Translations under genes and position numbers: made by a program
Assembly (NCBI RefSeq): GCF_964188315.1
Contig: NC_135662.1
Span: 7,378,001-7,442,000, forward strand
From: Podarcis muralis
Lineage: Eukaryota
Reading direction: 5' to 3'
DNA: 64,000 nt
Shown: one piece after another, positions 1-12,052 of the stretch
Numbering within the stretch: position 1 is the first letter of the stretch
Layout: every line of letters starts with the position of its first letter
The notes under the pieces: model-generated
Databases searched by the model: none
The model's input: only the letters and a program-made list of their open reading frames with translations
Told to the model about the DNA's origin: nothing

Positions 1-984
1 TAAGACCCAGGTGCTATTTGGAGAGTTTAAATATTTAGAATGTTTAAATATTTTAAAAGCTTGCAATCTTCGCCAGGTGCCTGAAAGGCAATATTGGCAC
101 CAGACATACTTACTTGCAGAGGTGCCTCTGATGGACATGGGATTTGGAGAAGGCCATTGCTGATGACCTGAAGATCTAGGCAGGTCACTATGAGAGGTGG
201 CATGCCTGCAAATCGTTGGATCCTAACAAACTGTTCTGAGATTTGCTCCGTTTATGCGAATGAATGGTAAGCGGGAGTTACAGCTCAGCTCCCTTGCAAT
301 ATCGGCACCTCATGAGCGTAATCATTGTACTGTTGAGACCTCTTTGAGTGTGAGCAAATAAAGAAAATGTTAGTGCATTAGTCAGGTAGGAGGTTGTTTA
401 TTTGTTTTTGCTGCTGCAGGGTTGCTCAATACAGGAAATGGCAGGCTACATCGGGTGCTGCAACTCGTATACAACTCTGGCAGATGTTAATTGCAATCTG
501 CACAGCAATATATGGCATGCAAATGTTGGTTAAACAGACCATTCATGTTAATGAGTCCTTTACTAATGAGATAATGGGGCTGATTTGATATTATCCATAT
601 GCCTGCTTCAGCAGTATTGCTATGAAAATCAGACAACAGTTTCCAGGTCATTGTGTGAGTGTGTGCGCGCATGTGCATTTGAACGTACAAATAATAATGC
701 ACTTTTGTACATGAATGTTGTACTGAAGCTGACATGAAAACAATATTAGTGGGACTCTGGGCAGGTCCCCATATTACAACTGTTGTAGGGATTGCTGTAG
801 GAAACATCAGCATAAGATCAGTTATTAGCCAATTTTCCCCATTTGCTTATTTAATCATAATCTAGTCCTTGTCCACTCATTCACCCTTCATCCAATTCAA
901 AGTATTAATACTTCCATTTTCCTATTTTTTTTTAAATGAAACAGTAAACATTAGCCTGAAGAATCATTAAGTTGCATCCAAGTA

Positions 985-1243
985 ACGTATTTTTCGCTCT
1001 ATAAGATGCACCAGACCATAAGACGCACCTAGTTTTTGGAGGAGGAAAATAAGAAAACAAATATTCTGAATCTCAGAAGCCAGAACAGCAAGAGGGATCG
1101 CTGCTCAGTGAAAACAGCAATCCCTCTTGCTGTTCTGGCTTCTGGGATAGCTGTGCAGCCTGCATTCGCTCCATAAGACGCACACACATTTTCCCTTACT
1201 TTTTAGGAGGGAAAAAGTGAGTCTTATAGAGCAAAAAATACAG
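985..1243. mobile_element. Tc1/mariner-type MITE
   Basis: TIRs cgtatttttcgctctataagatgcac / gtgagtcttatagagcaaaaaatacag, TA on both flanks, internal palindrome at 1074-1144. Confidence 0.85.
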
Positions 1244-1603
1244 TAAGTTATATTCTGAATAGACTCATTGAAATTAATGGAGTGGCAGCTTGCTGTGACC
1301 TGTTTGCAAAGAATTTGGAGGATGACTACATAAGAAGAGTCTGCTGAATCAGGCCAATGACCCATCTAGTCTAGCATCCGATTCTCACAGTGGTCAACCG
1401 GATGACCGGGAGAAACCAACAAGCAGGATATGAGCAAAAGAGCGCTCTCCCCTCCTACTGTTTCCACTGACTGGTACAATATTTAGAAGGATACTACCTC
1501 CAGTCATGGAGACAGGACAGAACAGAACCATCATGGCTAGTGGACTTTGATAACCTTCTTCTCCATGAAATTTGACTAATCCTCTTTTGAACCCATCCAA
1601 GTT

Positions 1604-2103
1604 CTGTGTCCAGTTCTGGGCACCACAGTTCAAGAAGGACACTGACAAACTGGAACGTGTCCAGAGGAGGGCAACCAAAATGGTCAAAGGCCTGGAAACG
1701 ATGCCTTATGAGGAACGGCTAAGGGAGCTGGGCATGTTTAGCCTGGAGAAGAGGAGGTTAAGGGGTGATATGATAGCCATGTTCAAATATATAAAAGGAT
1801 GTCACATAGAGGAGGGAGAAAGGTTGTTTTCTGCTGCTCCAGAGAAGCGGACACGGAGCAATGGATCCAAACTACAAGAAAGAAGATTCCACCTAAGCAT
1901 TAGGAAGAACTTCCTGACAGTAAGAGCTGTTCGACAGTGGAATTTGCTGCCAAGGAGTGTGGTTGAGTCTCCTTCTTTGGAGGTCTTTGAGCAGAGGCTT
2001 GACAACCATATGTCAGGAATGCTCTGATGGTGTTTCCTGCTTGGCAGGGGGTTGGACTCGATGGCCCTTGTGGTCTCTTCCAACTCTATGATTCTATGAT
2101 TCT
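1604..2103 (+). mobile_element. 5'-truncated young CR1 LINE (ORF2 C-terminus and 3' tail)
   Basis: Translation CVQFWAPQFKKDTDKLERVQRRATKMVKGLE...LRGDMIAMFKY, (ATTCTATG)n tail, AAGTT duplicated at 1599-1603 and 2104-2108. Confidence 0.95.
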
Positions 2104-2287
2104 AAGTTGGCTGCCATCACTTCTCTCATGGGAGCAAATTTCGTAGTTCAGCTATGCACTATGTGAAGAAATACTTGCCCCCCCCCCCCCGCTTTACATC
2201 ATTCAGCTTCATTGTCTGGCCCTGAGTTCTTATATTATTGGAGAGGAAGAAAAACCTTTCCCTCCACTCTTTCTACACCATTCAAAG

Positions 2288-2874
2288 CTGTCTCGCCAGA
2301 GTGGTGCATGCTCTAGTTATCTCCCGCTTGGACTACTGCAATGCACTCTATGTGGGGCTACCTTTGAAGGTGACCCAGAAACTACAACTAACCCAGAATG
2401 CGGCAGCTAGACTGGTGACTGGGAGTGGCCGCCGGGACCACATAACACCGGTTCTGAGAGATCTGCATTGGCTCCCAGTACGTTTCCGAGCACAATTCAA
2501 AGTGTTGGTGTTGACCTTTAAAGCCCTAAATGGCCTCAGTCCTGTATACCTGAAGGAGCGTCTCCACCCCCATCATTCTGCCCGGACGCTGAGGTCCAAT
2601 GCCGAGGGCCTTCTGGTGGTTCCCTCATTGCGAGAAGCAAAGCTGCAGGGAACCAGGCAGAGGGCTTTCTCAGTGGTGGTACCAGCCCTGTGGAACACCC
2701 TCTCATCAGATGTCAAAGAGATAAACAACTACCTGACATTCAGAAGATATCTGAAGGCAGCCCTGTTCAGGGAAGCTTTTAATGTGTGACATTTTAGTGT
2801 ATTTTTTTGTCTTTGTTGGAAGCCACCCGAGTGGCTGGGGAAACCCAGCCAGATGGTCAGGGTACAAATAATAA

Positions 2875-2922
<48 letters not shown>
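2288..2922 (+). mobile_element. L2 LINE 3' fragment
   Basis: HALVISRLDYCNALYVGLP...LHWLPVRFRAQFK L2 ORF2 C-terminus, ggaagccacccgagtggctgggg 3' end, (ATT)n tail. Confidence 0.95.
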
Positions 2923-2923
<1 letters not shown>

Positions 2924-3100
2924 CACCCTCTTTGGCTCTCCTTTTCTGCACATTTTCCAGCTCTACAATATCATCTTTTTTTCAGGTGAGGTGACCAGAA
3001 CTCTCCACAATATTGCAAGTGTGGTCATTAATTTTCTTAAACTTGATCTGTTTATATGCTCGTTTGTGTGTTATGTAAATACCCCATTTTCATACCCTAC

Positions 3101-3124
3101 AATGAAAATAGGGACACCCTATGT

Positions 3125-3174
<50 letters not shown>

Positions 3175-3500
3175 CTTTACTATTTATACCTCACCCATAT
3201 GACTGGGTTGCCCCAGCCACCCTGGGCGGCTTCCAACATATATAAAAACATAATAAAATATTAAACATTAAAAACTTCCCTATACCGGGCTGCTTTTAGA
3301 TCGCTCAGGGGTCAGATAACCCCATGTTCTTCAACATTTCTCTGGTGAAAATAGGGACATCCTACCACACTCTCCAACATTTCTCCAATTAAAATTGTGG
3401 TGCCGTAAGGAAAAGTGAGACATTCCGGGATCAAATCAGAAACTGGGACACCTTCTGTAAATCCCGGGCTCGCTCTGGAAAGTAGGACCCTGGAGGGTCT
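3101..3500 (-). repeat. Unclassified composite repeat with GGGACA motifs and an L2-like tail ((AAC)n)
   Basis: Repeated aaaatagggaca motifs, antisense L2 3' end at ~3126-3300, ends in ctggagggtct; absent from the paralogous region at ~17850. Confidence 0.45.
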
Positions 3501-3976
3501 GTGCTTTATTCTTTATTCAAACAGGGACTCAGATATGAGACTTCTCCCTTAATCAATAGGTAGCATGGGGCTTATGAAATACAGTTCATTTATATTTAGT
3601 AACAGCAAGCTGAGAGGACCTAAAATTAGATTGTCTAAAGTTAGATGTCATAGTCCTACATTTATATCAACAACTGTTTCAAAGGGCCAGTCACTTAGCA
3701 ATGAAAGTGAAGTCAGTTATAGAAGCTTAAATGTGGGATTTAGAAGCCTAATTTGGGATATCTGTTCTTGGAAACCTTGACCCTTGTAAGTGTAAGTGCT
3801 GAAGCTCAAAGGTTTTGGCCTGCGAGGCTTGGTCAAGGACACACAGGGATTAAGAATGAATGAAAACCAGTTAGGCAACATTCTGAATGGATGAACCAAA
3901 GCTCGTTTAAGACTTCCAATTGCTTTGTTATGTAACAGTTACGTAAAGATTGTAGGTGATTTTGTAGAAAGCTATA

Positions 3977-4347
3977 AAGGTAAAGGTAAAGGTAAAGGTA
4001 CCCATGCCCGTACGGGCCAGTCTTGCCAGACTCTAGGGTTGTGCGCTCATCTCACTCTATAGGCTGGGAGCCAGCACTGTCCGCAGACACTTCCGGGTCA
4101 TGTGGCCAGCGTGACAAGCTGCATCTGGCGAGCCAGCGCAGCACACGGAATGCCGTTTACCTTCCCGCTGGTAAGCGGTCCCTATTTATCTACTTGCACC
4201 CGGAGGTGCTTTCGAACTGCTAGGTTGGCAGGCGCTGGGACCGAACGACGGGAGCGCACCCTGCCCCGGGGATTCGAACCGCCAACCATGCGATCGGCAA
4301 GTCCTAGGCACTGAGGTTTTACCCACAGCGCCACCCGCGTCCCTAGA
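3977..4347 (-). mobile_element. Full-length Sauria SINE
   Basis: gggacgcgggtggcgctgtggg head, ggttcgaatcc B-box, (ACCTTT)n tail, 13-bp TSD GTAGAAAG(C/A)TATA. Confidence 0.95.
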
Positions 4348-5221
4348 GTAGAAAGATATACAGAAGCTATAAAAAACAGTTTAAATATTTTGTGGGAAGG
4401 TCCAATGATTTGAACATTATGCTCATTCCGCTTATTCTAACCTTCAACTGTATATGTTTAATTCAGGAAAACAAATCGACATGACCACGAAACTTGGTTT
4501 TTATTAAAGATTTTCTAGGGTTACAAAAGCAGAAACATTGTCTCCATTTTCAGGTCATAAAGCCCTTTCTACAGATCAGTTATATTCAATGTGAGACTTT
4601 GATGTTGTATACAGTATCAGGCTAGGAGAAAACTTTGTGAACTTTCCTTGCCCACAAAAAACAGCACCCTCAGGAGTAGCCAAGGACAGCATTTGGGGAG
4701 CAAGTTCAACATTATTGATTTAATTCACAAGACCCTTAACAATTTGAATCCAATAAACCCCAAACACGTCCTGATTCCTCATACGCCTGCCTAATCACCC
4801 AGGACTTGGCAGGAGTGGTATAGAAATGGTTGAAAGAATTTGCTTCAAAACAGACGGATATTGCTGCAGTTCCCATCCCATCTGGGTTGGGAGCATGATG
4901 ATGACCTTGGGTGCTCCTTCTCCTTAATATAATCTGCAGGGATTATAAAGGAATTGTGCAGGGCATAGGAGCCAATTCTTAGGGGCCATGGGGGCTTTGG
5001 TCCCCACAATAAAATATTTGAGGGGGTCAGGCCCCCACCAAGTTGATGGCCATTCAAATAGTGAGTGTGCACTGCATCATGTGATGAATTATGTGGGATG
5101 TGGCTTACCTGGGCCCCCACAATATTTTATACAAGTTGGCACCCCTGGTGCAGGGAGTGGGGTGTTCCAAATTCATGTTTATTTCAGTCCATGAAATATA
5201 GGAATATAGGGAATATAGGAA

Positions 5222-5675
5222 ATAGCATGGTGTAGTGGTTAAGAGGGGACCAGCGGGAAGGTAAACGGCGTTCCGTGTGCTGCGCTGGCTCGCCAGATGC
5301 AGCTTGTCATGCTGGCTACGTAACCCGGAAGTGTCTCCGGACAGCACCGGCTCCCGGCCTCTAGAGTGAGATGAGCGCACAACCCTAGAGTCTGGCAAGA
5401 CTGGCCCCAACGGGCAGGGGTACCTTTACCTTTTAGTGGTTAAGAGCGGTGGACTCGTAATCTGGTGAACCGGGTTCACTTCCCCACTCCTCCACATGCA
5501 GCTGCTGGGTGACTTTGGTCTAGTCATACTTCTCTGAAGTCTCTCAGCCTCACTCACCTCACAGAGTGTTTGTTGTGGGAGAGGAAGGGAAAAGAGATTG
5601 TTAGCCGCTTTGAAACTCCTTAAGGGGAGTGAAAGGTGGAACATCAAGTCCAAACTCTCCTCCTCCTCCTCCTCA
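5222..5675 (+). mobile_element. tRNA-derived, L2-tailed SINE (Squam3-like), interrupted by a Sauria SINE
   Basis: tggtgtagtggttaagag A-box head, body matching copies at 6859, 24757, 47178 and 51861, (CCT)n tail. Confidence 0.85.
5246..5433 (+). mobile_element. 5'-truncated Sauria SINE nested in the SINE head
   Basis: Sauria 3' body ending ggggtacctttacctt; 13-bp TSD TAGTGGTTAAGAG at 5233-5245 and 5434-5446. Confidence 0.92.
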
Positions 5676-6388
5676 CTGAAATGGTGTCGCTTTGTATGGC
5701 TAGCTCTTGCAGTAATGATTTCTAATTCCTCATTGAGGACCCTTGAGTCACCAGGTCAAGTATGGTGTTTGAGAAAGGGAGGATAACATATTATGCTTGC
5801 TTTCTGCTGATTTCCAACACTCAATTCTATGTTCAGAAGCAATGTGTCCTACTGACACTACCTACCAACAAATGTGTTTAGGACTGAGGTGTGAACTTCA
5901 TATTTTGGCATCAAAGTGGACCGTAATTGCCCCGTAATTGCTCAACTTTGACAGGGGCATTTATCAGTCTTTCAGCTCCTGTTGTAAAATCACTGGAACA
6001 GGAAATGAATGTTCTAGGACGTAATTTAAGAACTAGCTGATCCATGGTGCTTGTCTTGGTCCAATGATCTGAAGCAATTGGTTGCTTAAAGGGGAAGGGG
6101 GTCACCTGTCAAGCTGGGGGACTTTCTATTTGTGATTCTTCATCCAATAGCACCATGCAGGACAAGCCCTTTGACCAGAGTGAAAATGTGCTCTTGATCA
6201 ATTCCGTCCCCATTTTTCTGCCAACTGTTTGAGTCTTTCACTTCTGTAAAGACAAGGTGGTGTAAACTGAAAGGGGAATGCAGTTCAAAACACCCTACAG
6301 AGGATCCCACAGAACCCGTTTGGTGTGATGGATATGGAAAGGAGAGACCTAGAATGAGATCTGTATTTGACCTATGTGCATTGAATGT

Positions 6389-7470
6389 TTTGTTTTGTTT
6401 TTTATTAAAAATTTTGTTGATTTACAAGTGTGTGCAATGTCTCTCTCTCATATTCCCCCCCCCCCCCCGATGTAACATTTTTACAAATCAGTTTCATTTG
6501 TTGAGAAATTAGGAAGAAAAGCAGGAAAGAGGCGGAGGGGGGAAAAGATGGGTGGGGTCAGGTGGTGATGTTTCTATTTTACTTACTATATGTAGGGTTT
6601 GGTGTCAGTGTTGCTTGTGCAGGTTCTTTGCTGTTCACTTTTGTTTCTTTGGTGGTGAGAGAGGTTGGGGTTGGCCTAGGGTGTGGTTATTCATGTGTGG
6701 TTGGCTGTGGTGGTCTTAGTTTTCGTGTGTGAGTGAGGTGGGTGGGTGTTTTGGATCAGGTTAGCCATATTGATTTGTATTTTGTTGGTGGATTTTTGTC
6801 ATTGTCTTGTTGGGCTGTGTATGTGATAAAGGGGAGCCATAACAGGGTGAAGGAGAGAGCCAGTGTGGTGTAGTGGTTAAGAGCGGTAGTCTCGTAATCT
6901 GGGGAACCGGGTTCGCGTCTCTGCTCCTCCACATGCAGCTGCTGGGTGACCTTGGGCCAGTCACACTTCTTTGAAGTCTCTCAGCCCCATTCACCTCACA
7001 GAGTGTTTGTTGTGGGGGAGGGAGGGAAAGGAGAGTGCTTTGAGACTCCTTAAAGGGAGTGAAAAGCAGGATATCAAATCCAAACTCTTCTTCTCCTTCT
7101 CCTTCTCCTTCTTCTTCTTCTTCTTCTTCTTCTTCTTCTTCTTCTTCTTCTTCTTCTTCTACTACTACTACTACCAGTATTTGTCCCCGTGTCAGTTTCA
7201 GTTTATTGGTTAATTTCGCCTAATAAGACTTCTACAAAAATAACAAACCCTTGTCAACACAAGAAATACAAGACGAACTTGAAGACACCCAAATGCCCTG
7301 GTTAACACATCACCAATTATATGCCCTCTTAAACAACCCAGCAGTAAAATCAACAGCAACTAGGCCTCTGAAAACATTCGAAAACCTCCTTCTAACAACA
7401 AAGGGACATGATAGAGGGATGGTATCCGCAATATACAAAATACTACTACAAAATCCCACGAACTCCCTAG
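6389..7470 (-). mobile_element. L1/Tx1-like LINE 3' insertion with 5' inversion
   Basis: Minus-strand 3' end and ORF2 C-terminus (FTLLWLPFITYTAQQ) at 6389-7219; plus-strand upstream ORF2 piece (DFYKNNKPLS...RPLKTFENLL...KGHDRGMVSAIYK) at 7220-7470; 15-bp TSD ATGTGCATTGAATGT. Confidence 0.8.
6859..7175 (+). mobile_element. Squam3-like tRNA-derived SINE inserted in the L1-like element
   Basis: gccagtgtggtgtagtggttaagagcgg head, L2-like 3' end, (TTC)n(CTA)n tail. Confidence 0.9.
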
Positions 7471-7560
7471 ATGTGCATTGAATGTGCTGTAAGTGTATAC
7501 CGAGGATCTGCCCAGAGAATCCAGGTCTCTGCTGCCTTTTATGAAGCCAAGTGAAATCAT

Positions 7561-7745
7561 GGAGAGCTGTTGCCAGTCCGTATAGAGAGCATTGAGTTAG
7601 ATGGAACAAGCCCAATGCTCTCTATGCTGACTGGCAGTAACTCTCCAGGATTCCAGGCAGGGGTCCCTCCTAACCCTATCTGGAGGCACCAGGGGTTGAA
7701 CATGGCACCTTCCACATGGAAAAGCATATGCTCTGCAACTTTGAG
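7561..7745 (-). mobile_element. tRNA-derived CR1-tailed SINE (Squam2-like) joined tail-to-tail to a plus-strand fragment
   Basis: Minus strand gcagagcatatgc...ggtgccatgttcaacccctgg...ctggagagttactgccagtcag; inverted repeat at 7561-7646. Confidence 0.65.
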
Positions 7746-8278
7746 AAGTGTGTCTGGCATCTTCTGTGTGCTTCTGAGAGAGCCACGATGTGTACGTCTT
7801 GCCTGTGCTGTCTCAGAGAAGCTGGCAATGCTTTCCCCCTCGCCATGACATTGCAAAGCCCCCACTGGGCCAGGCTAAACACATCCGATGAAACCTCAGT
7901 CCTAGCAACATCTAGGCAAATTCTGCCATTAACTAATGAGTGCCTTGATTCAGCTGAAATGAAGGCGTTCTTATTATTAAGCAATATAAGTCTTCCTGCG
8001 GCACAGAGATGGGCTTTGTGCCTCTGATAAGTATATCTACAGGGCCTCACATTATTTCCCATGTTAAAAAATAAGCCCTTTCAATGAGATGCATTAATCC
8101 CTGCTATTAGCACTCTGTTTAATTCCCCCCACTTCTTTCCTCTTTATTGCTAGTCTGCTAATCCCAGGAATTGGCTGTTCTGTGGTTCCACATGTATTGA
8201 ACTCAATAACATGTAAATAGAGGTGGATTTTTAAATAATGAGGATATGAAGAGCCCAGGAAGTGGATTTGGCTTAGAG

Positions 8279-8583
8279 CAGGGGTCAGCAACCTTTTTCA
8301 GCCATGGGTCAGTCCACCATCCCTCAGACCATGTGGGGGGCCGGACTATATTTTTTGGGGGCAAATGAATGAATTCCTATGCCCCACGTATAACCCAGAG
8401 ATGCATTTTAAATAAAAGCACACATTCTACTCATGTAAAAACACCAGGCAGGCCCCACAAATAACCAAGAGAAGCATTTTAAATAAAAGGACACATTCTA
8501 GTCATGTAAAAACATGCTGATTCCCAGACCGTCCGTGGGCTGGATAAAGAAAGGGCATGAGGGTCTTAGGTTGCCTAGCCCTG
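8279..8583. mobile_element. hAT-type MITE
   Basis: CAGGGGT...CCCTG termini, 8-bp TSD G(C/T)TTAGAG; same family as 28686-28941. Confidence 0.88.
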
Positions 8584-8954
8584 GTTTAGAGGAATAGTGT
8601 GTGGGTGACCCCACCTGGTTGTGTGGTTTTCTGTCTTGGCTGTCAAACTGATTGGCACAGGACAGCAAAATCTGGCATCAGAAGCACTGGTGACAAAAGC
8701 TGTCATTTTGGATGATGGGATTTGTTTTGTTTCCTATGACATGTTCATCAGAAGGTTTAAACTGGATAAGGAGACTTTAGAACTGGGGTTCCCAAATTGA
8801 AACTGCTTCTTTCACAGTGTGGGGGGTGGTCACATTCCAGTATAGAGAGACCAATGAGTAGACATGCAACTTCATTGAATGCTGAGTTCATCATGCCATT
8901 TTCAAATGTCTGTAAGTGTTTTTTTAATTAAGTTTTCTCTCTTTTCCATAATAA

Positions 8955-9065
8955 CATAAAAAGAGCCCGTTGGATGAGACCATCTAACCTAGCATCCTGT
9001 TCTCACTGTGGCCAATTAGATTCCTGTGGGAAAACGGCAAGCAGGATTCAAGCACAAGAGCACAA
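8955..9065 (-). mobile_element. Old CR1 3' fragment
   Basis: cataaaaagagccc...ctagcatcctgttctcactgtggcc antisense CR1-like tail. Confidence 0.55.
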
Positions 9066-9504
9066 GAACAACACAACTTTTAGAACACAGCTGTATAGGC
9101 AAGTTTTAATCGTTTAATGTTTCATTATGTCCTGGAAGCCACCCAGAGTGGCTGGGGTGACCCAGACAGATAGGCGGGATATAAATAAAATAAAAATAAT
9201 AAAAAAATAATGCAGCACTAACTTTCTGGTGAAGGCATAAGAAGCTGGAAACTAATGATGTATTTTTCTGTAATATCTGTATTTATTATAACGGGTTGAG
9301 CAGGAAAGGAATAGGCGTGAGCCCTTTTATTGAACGGAATAAAAAGACGTCCCTTTTGCCATGTCATTTTGACTTTCAGAACCCATGCTGGGCCAATTTC
9401 CCTAAGTGCCTCTATAAAAGTTGACCCCAATCCCCCTCCGTTACGTATCTCTAAACCATCTTTAAGTCCTTGCTGATCCCATTTGCTCGGCACTCTGGTC
9501 TAAG

Positions 9505-9615
9505 CACGCTTTGCAAGAAGAGCTTCAGCAGAAGCCGTCACAGAGCAAGATGCAGGAAGGCCCACGATCTGGAACGATAAAGCAACGAGCTAAACTTGAG
9601 CAACCTGGCCGCCTG
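9505..9615 (+). CDS. Candidate internal coding exon (111 nt, phase 0/0), gene unknown
   Basis: ctggtctaag acceptor, open frame HALQEELQQKPSQSKMQEGPRSGTIKQRAKLEQPGRL, CTG|gtaagc donor; no homology recognised. Confidence 0.3.
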
Positions 9616-9764
9616 GTAAGCACATCTGAGGACAAGGGAGCTAGGTACATTTTTTTCTGCTTCAAAGAAGGAGATGGGATTTTTAGGGGCTGGTTTTGTG
9701 TTGTTTGCAAATGCATGTCGCTGCGCCTTCATAGGCAACGAAGCTTGATCTTCAGGGAAGGGTC

Positions 9765-10075
9765 ACAGTGTCAGAGTATCTGCATTGCATGCAGGAGGTC
9801 GCAGGTTCAATTCCCAACATCCCAAGAAAGGGCTAGGAGGGAATCTAGTTTCATACAACCATGGAGCTGGAAGAGACCACAAGCATCATCTAGTCCAAGC
9901 CTTTGCAATGCAAGAATCTTTTGCCCAACGTGCAACTCAAACCCATGACCCTGAGATTACGAATCTCATGCTCTACTGGCTGAGCTATCTTCTGGAAAGC
10001 TCCTACCAGTCAATGTAGATGATATTGAGTTAGATGGACCAGTGGTTTGGCTCAGTATAAGGCAATTTGCAATGC
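9765..10075 (+). mobile_element. Squam2-like SINE interrupted by a tRNA-Lys-like SINE
   Basis: tgcatgcaggaggtcgcaggttcaattccc head; CR1-like tail gagttagatggaccagtggtttggctcagtataaggca after the insertion. Confidence 0.6.
9848..9990 (-). mobile_element. Short tRNA-Lys-derived SINE with CR1 3' tail
   Basis: Minus strand tagctcagccagtagagcatgagattcgtaatctcagggtcatggg...gttgggc followed by a CR1 tail; second copy at 12984. Confidence 0.7.
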
Positions 10076-11505
10076 ACCTGTGCATGTCATTTTTTTAAAA
10101 AAATGAAAAGCAGTTGCAGGAAAAGTGGCTTCCCCCCTTCTCAGGTTTCACACGTGTGTTTCCACTTATGACCCATGGTGGGCAGGATGCTGGGTGTGTG
10201 TGTTTGGATTTGGAGCATGGAATGGGTAAAGCATATCACACTCCCCAAATCTCTGTTGTCTTGCAATGCTGCTGTTCACCAGTGTTTGCATACACTGTGC
10301 AGTTAGCAATCACAATTCCTTGGGGGAAAGGGTGACGAAAAGGGAGATGGAGGAGAAATCCATTCAGTATGCATTTTAAATGTGAATTTTCCAAATGCAC
10401 ATCCCAAACCAGCATATGAACTGAAATGCAGCTCTCTGTGGAAATCCACAAATGGATATTAGGGAAAATAACATACTCAACTGCATTCTGTTAGAGGGAA
10501 ATGTTGGGCAAAATTGCATGCGAAAATACATATATTGGCAGTAGAGGTGGAAGGAAATGCCAATTTTGGTTCTCTTAGTTTCTCATTTTCCCCATATTAA
10601 ATTTAGTTCTCCAGATTTCTGCAGAACTGTATGGGTCCCCCCCCCCCTGTTTTAAATCCTCACAAAAACTCATCGGGATTCAGCTGAAAATTTCTCCTAA
10701 TAAACATGTTATCTTTCTTTGTATGCAGTCTCAACTAATGTACATATTTGGGCAAGCAGGTTTTCCCAATTTCATGCATGCTATTTTCGTTATCCCATTC
10801 ATTTTAGTGCACACTTGCCTCTGTTATGTCTTTTTCGTAAGCATTGGTTGGCTGGAGAACTGCGTCACAAAATTTGTTTTAAGTGTGAATTTTAGAAGGG
10901 AGGCTGTTTTCATATTGGGTTTGGGAAGATGCAAAAGATTCGCTTTTAAATGCAAACCTAATCAAATTCCTACCCCTTCCCTAGCTAGAAGAAATCTGCA
11001 CAGAAATGCGTGTGAATTTTGAAGCAAACTTGTTTTTCAAACCGCAATAAAAAAAATGCTTGAGCGATAGAATCCCAAACCGCAGCTTCTTCTGTCTCTA
11101 TATCCAACAGAGCCCTAGCATAAGTCCAAGGCATCGCTGCTCATGCAGTGGGTAATTCCCACTCCAACTGCAACCCATCATGTCATATGGTCCCCAAGCC
11201 CATGGAGAAGATTTCCAGCACTATTGGAGGTTGCAGAAGGAAGTGAGAAGAAGGAAAATCCCATTCCACAAGTGCAAGGTCTGCAGGCAATTAGCTCCAG
11301 GGTTGAGTTGTCATCACAAACAAAGCATTCCTCCTGGTCCTGCTTTACACAGGAGAAAGTGGCATGAGGTTGACCCAACAACTCCCGGGGCAGAAAGGGA
11401 CAAGGATAGAAGATTAATTTAATGTTATTGATTTTATTATCTTATTTCAATTTATTAGGTGCTTGCCACATAAGAAGTCTCCAAGTCCATCTTTTGGGCT
11501 CTGTG

Positions 11506-12052
11506 AAGATGATGATGATGATGATGATGATATATTATTTATATCCCACCCATCTTGCTGGATTTTCCCAGCTGCTCTGGGCAGCTCCCAACTGAATGTT
11601 AAAAACATAATACAGCATTAAACATTAAAAACTTTCCTAAACAGGGCTGTCTTCAGATGTCTTTTAAAAGTAAGATAGTTGCTTATTTCCTTGACATCTG
11701 ATGGGAGGGCATTCTACAGGGTGGGTACCACTACCAAGAAGGCCCTCTGCCTGGTTCCCTGTAACCTCACTTCTTGCAGCGAGGGAACTGGCAGAAGGCC
11801 CTCGGCGCTGGATCTCAGTGTCTGGGTAAAACTATGGGGGCTGAGGCCATTTAGGGCCTTAAAGGTCAGTACCAACACTTTGAATTGTGCTCAGAAATTT
11901 ACTGGGAGCCAATGCAGGTCTCTCAGGACCAGTGTTGTATGGTCTCGGTGGCCACTCCCACTCACCAGTCTAGCTGCCACATTCTGGATTAATTGCAGTT
12001 TCCGAGTCACCTTCAAAGGTAGCCTCTCATAAAGCACTTTGCAGTAGTCCAC
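11506..12052 (-). mobile_element. L2 LINE 3' fragment
   Basis: (GAT)n tail, antisense L2 3' end and ORF2 C-terminal sequence, with an internal deletion. Confidence 0.88.

Larger units (their letters stand above)
1332..3035 (-). mobile_element. Old CR1 LINE 3' region, interrupted by a younger CR1 and an L2
   Basis: Antisense CR1-like 3' motifs (aagaagagtctgctgaatcaggccaatgacccatctag; ccaagttggctgccatcac; cagaactctccacaatattgcaagtgtgg) resume after each insertion. Confidence 0.6.

Noticed and set aside
2706-3245. ORFs with poly-I, poly-L, poly-Y and poly-T runs
   Set aside because: Translations of (ATT)n and (AAC)n L2-tail microsatellites; the same applies to similar ORFs at 6971, 29328, 30921, 55510 and 55583.
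6859-6930. tRNA-like A/B boxes here and at 9765, 12984, 23240, 31865, 47178
   Set aside because: These are SINE heads followed by SINE bodies and LINE-derived tails; none forms a complete cloverleaf, so no true tRNA gene is called.
11143-11422. Overlapping short ORFs that look exon-like
   Set aside because: No convincing acceptor/donor pair and no homology recognised.
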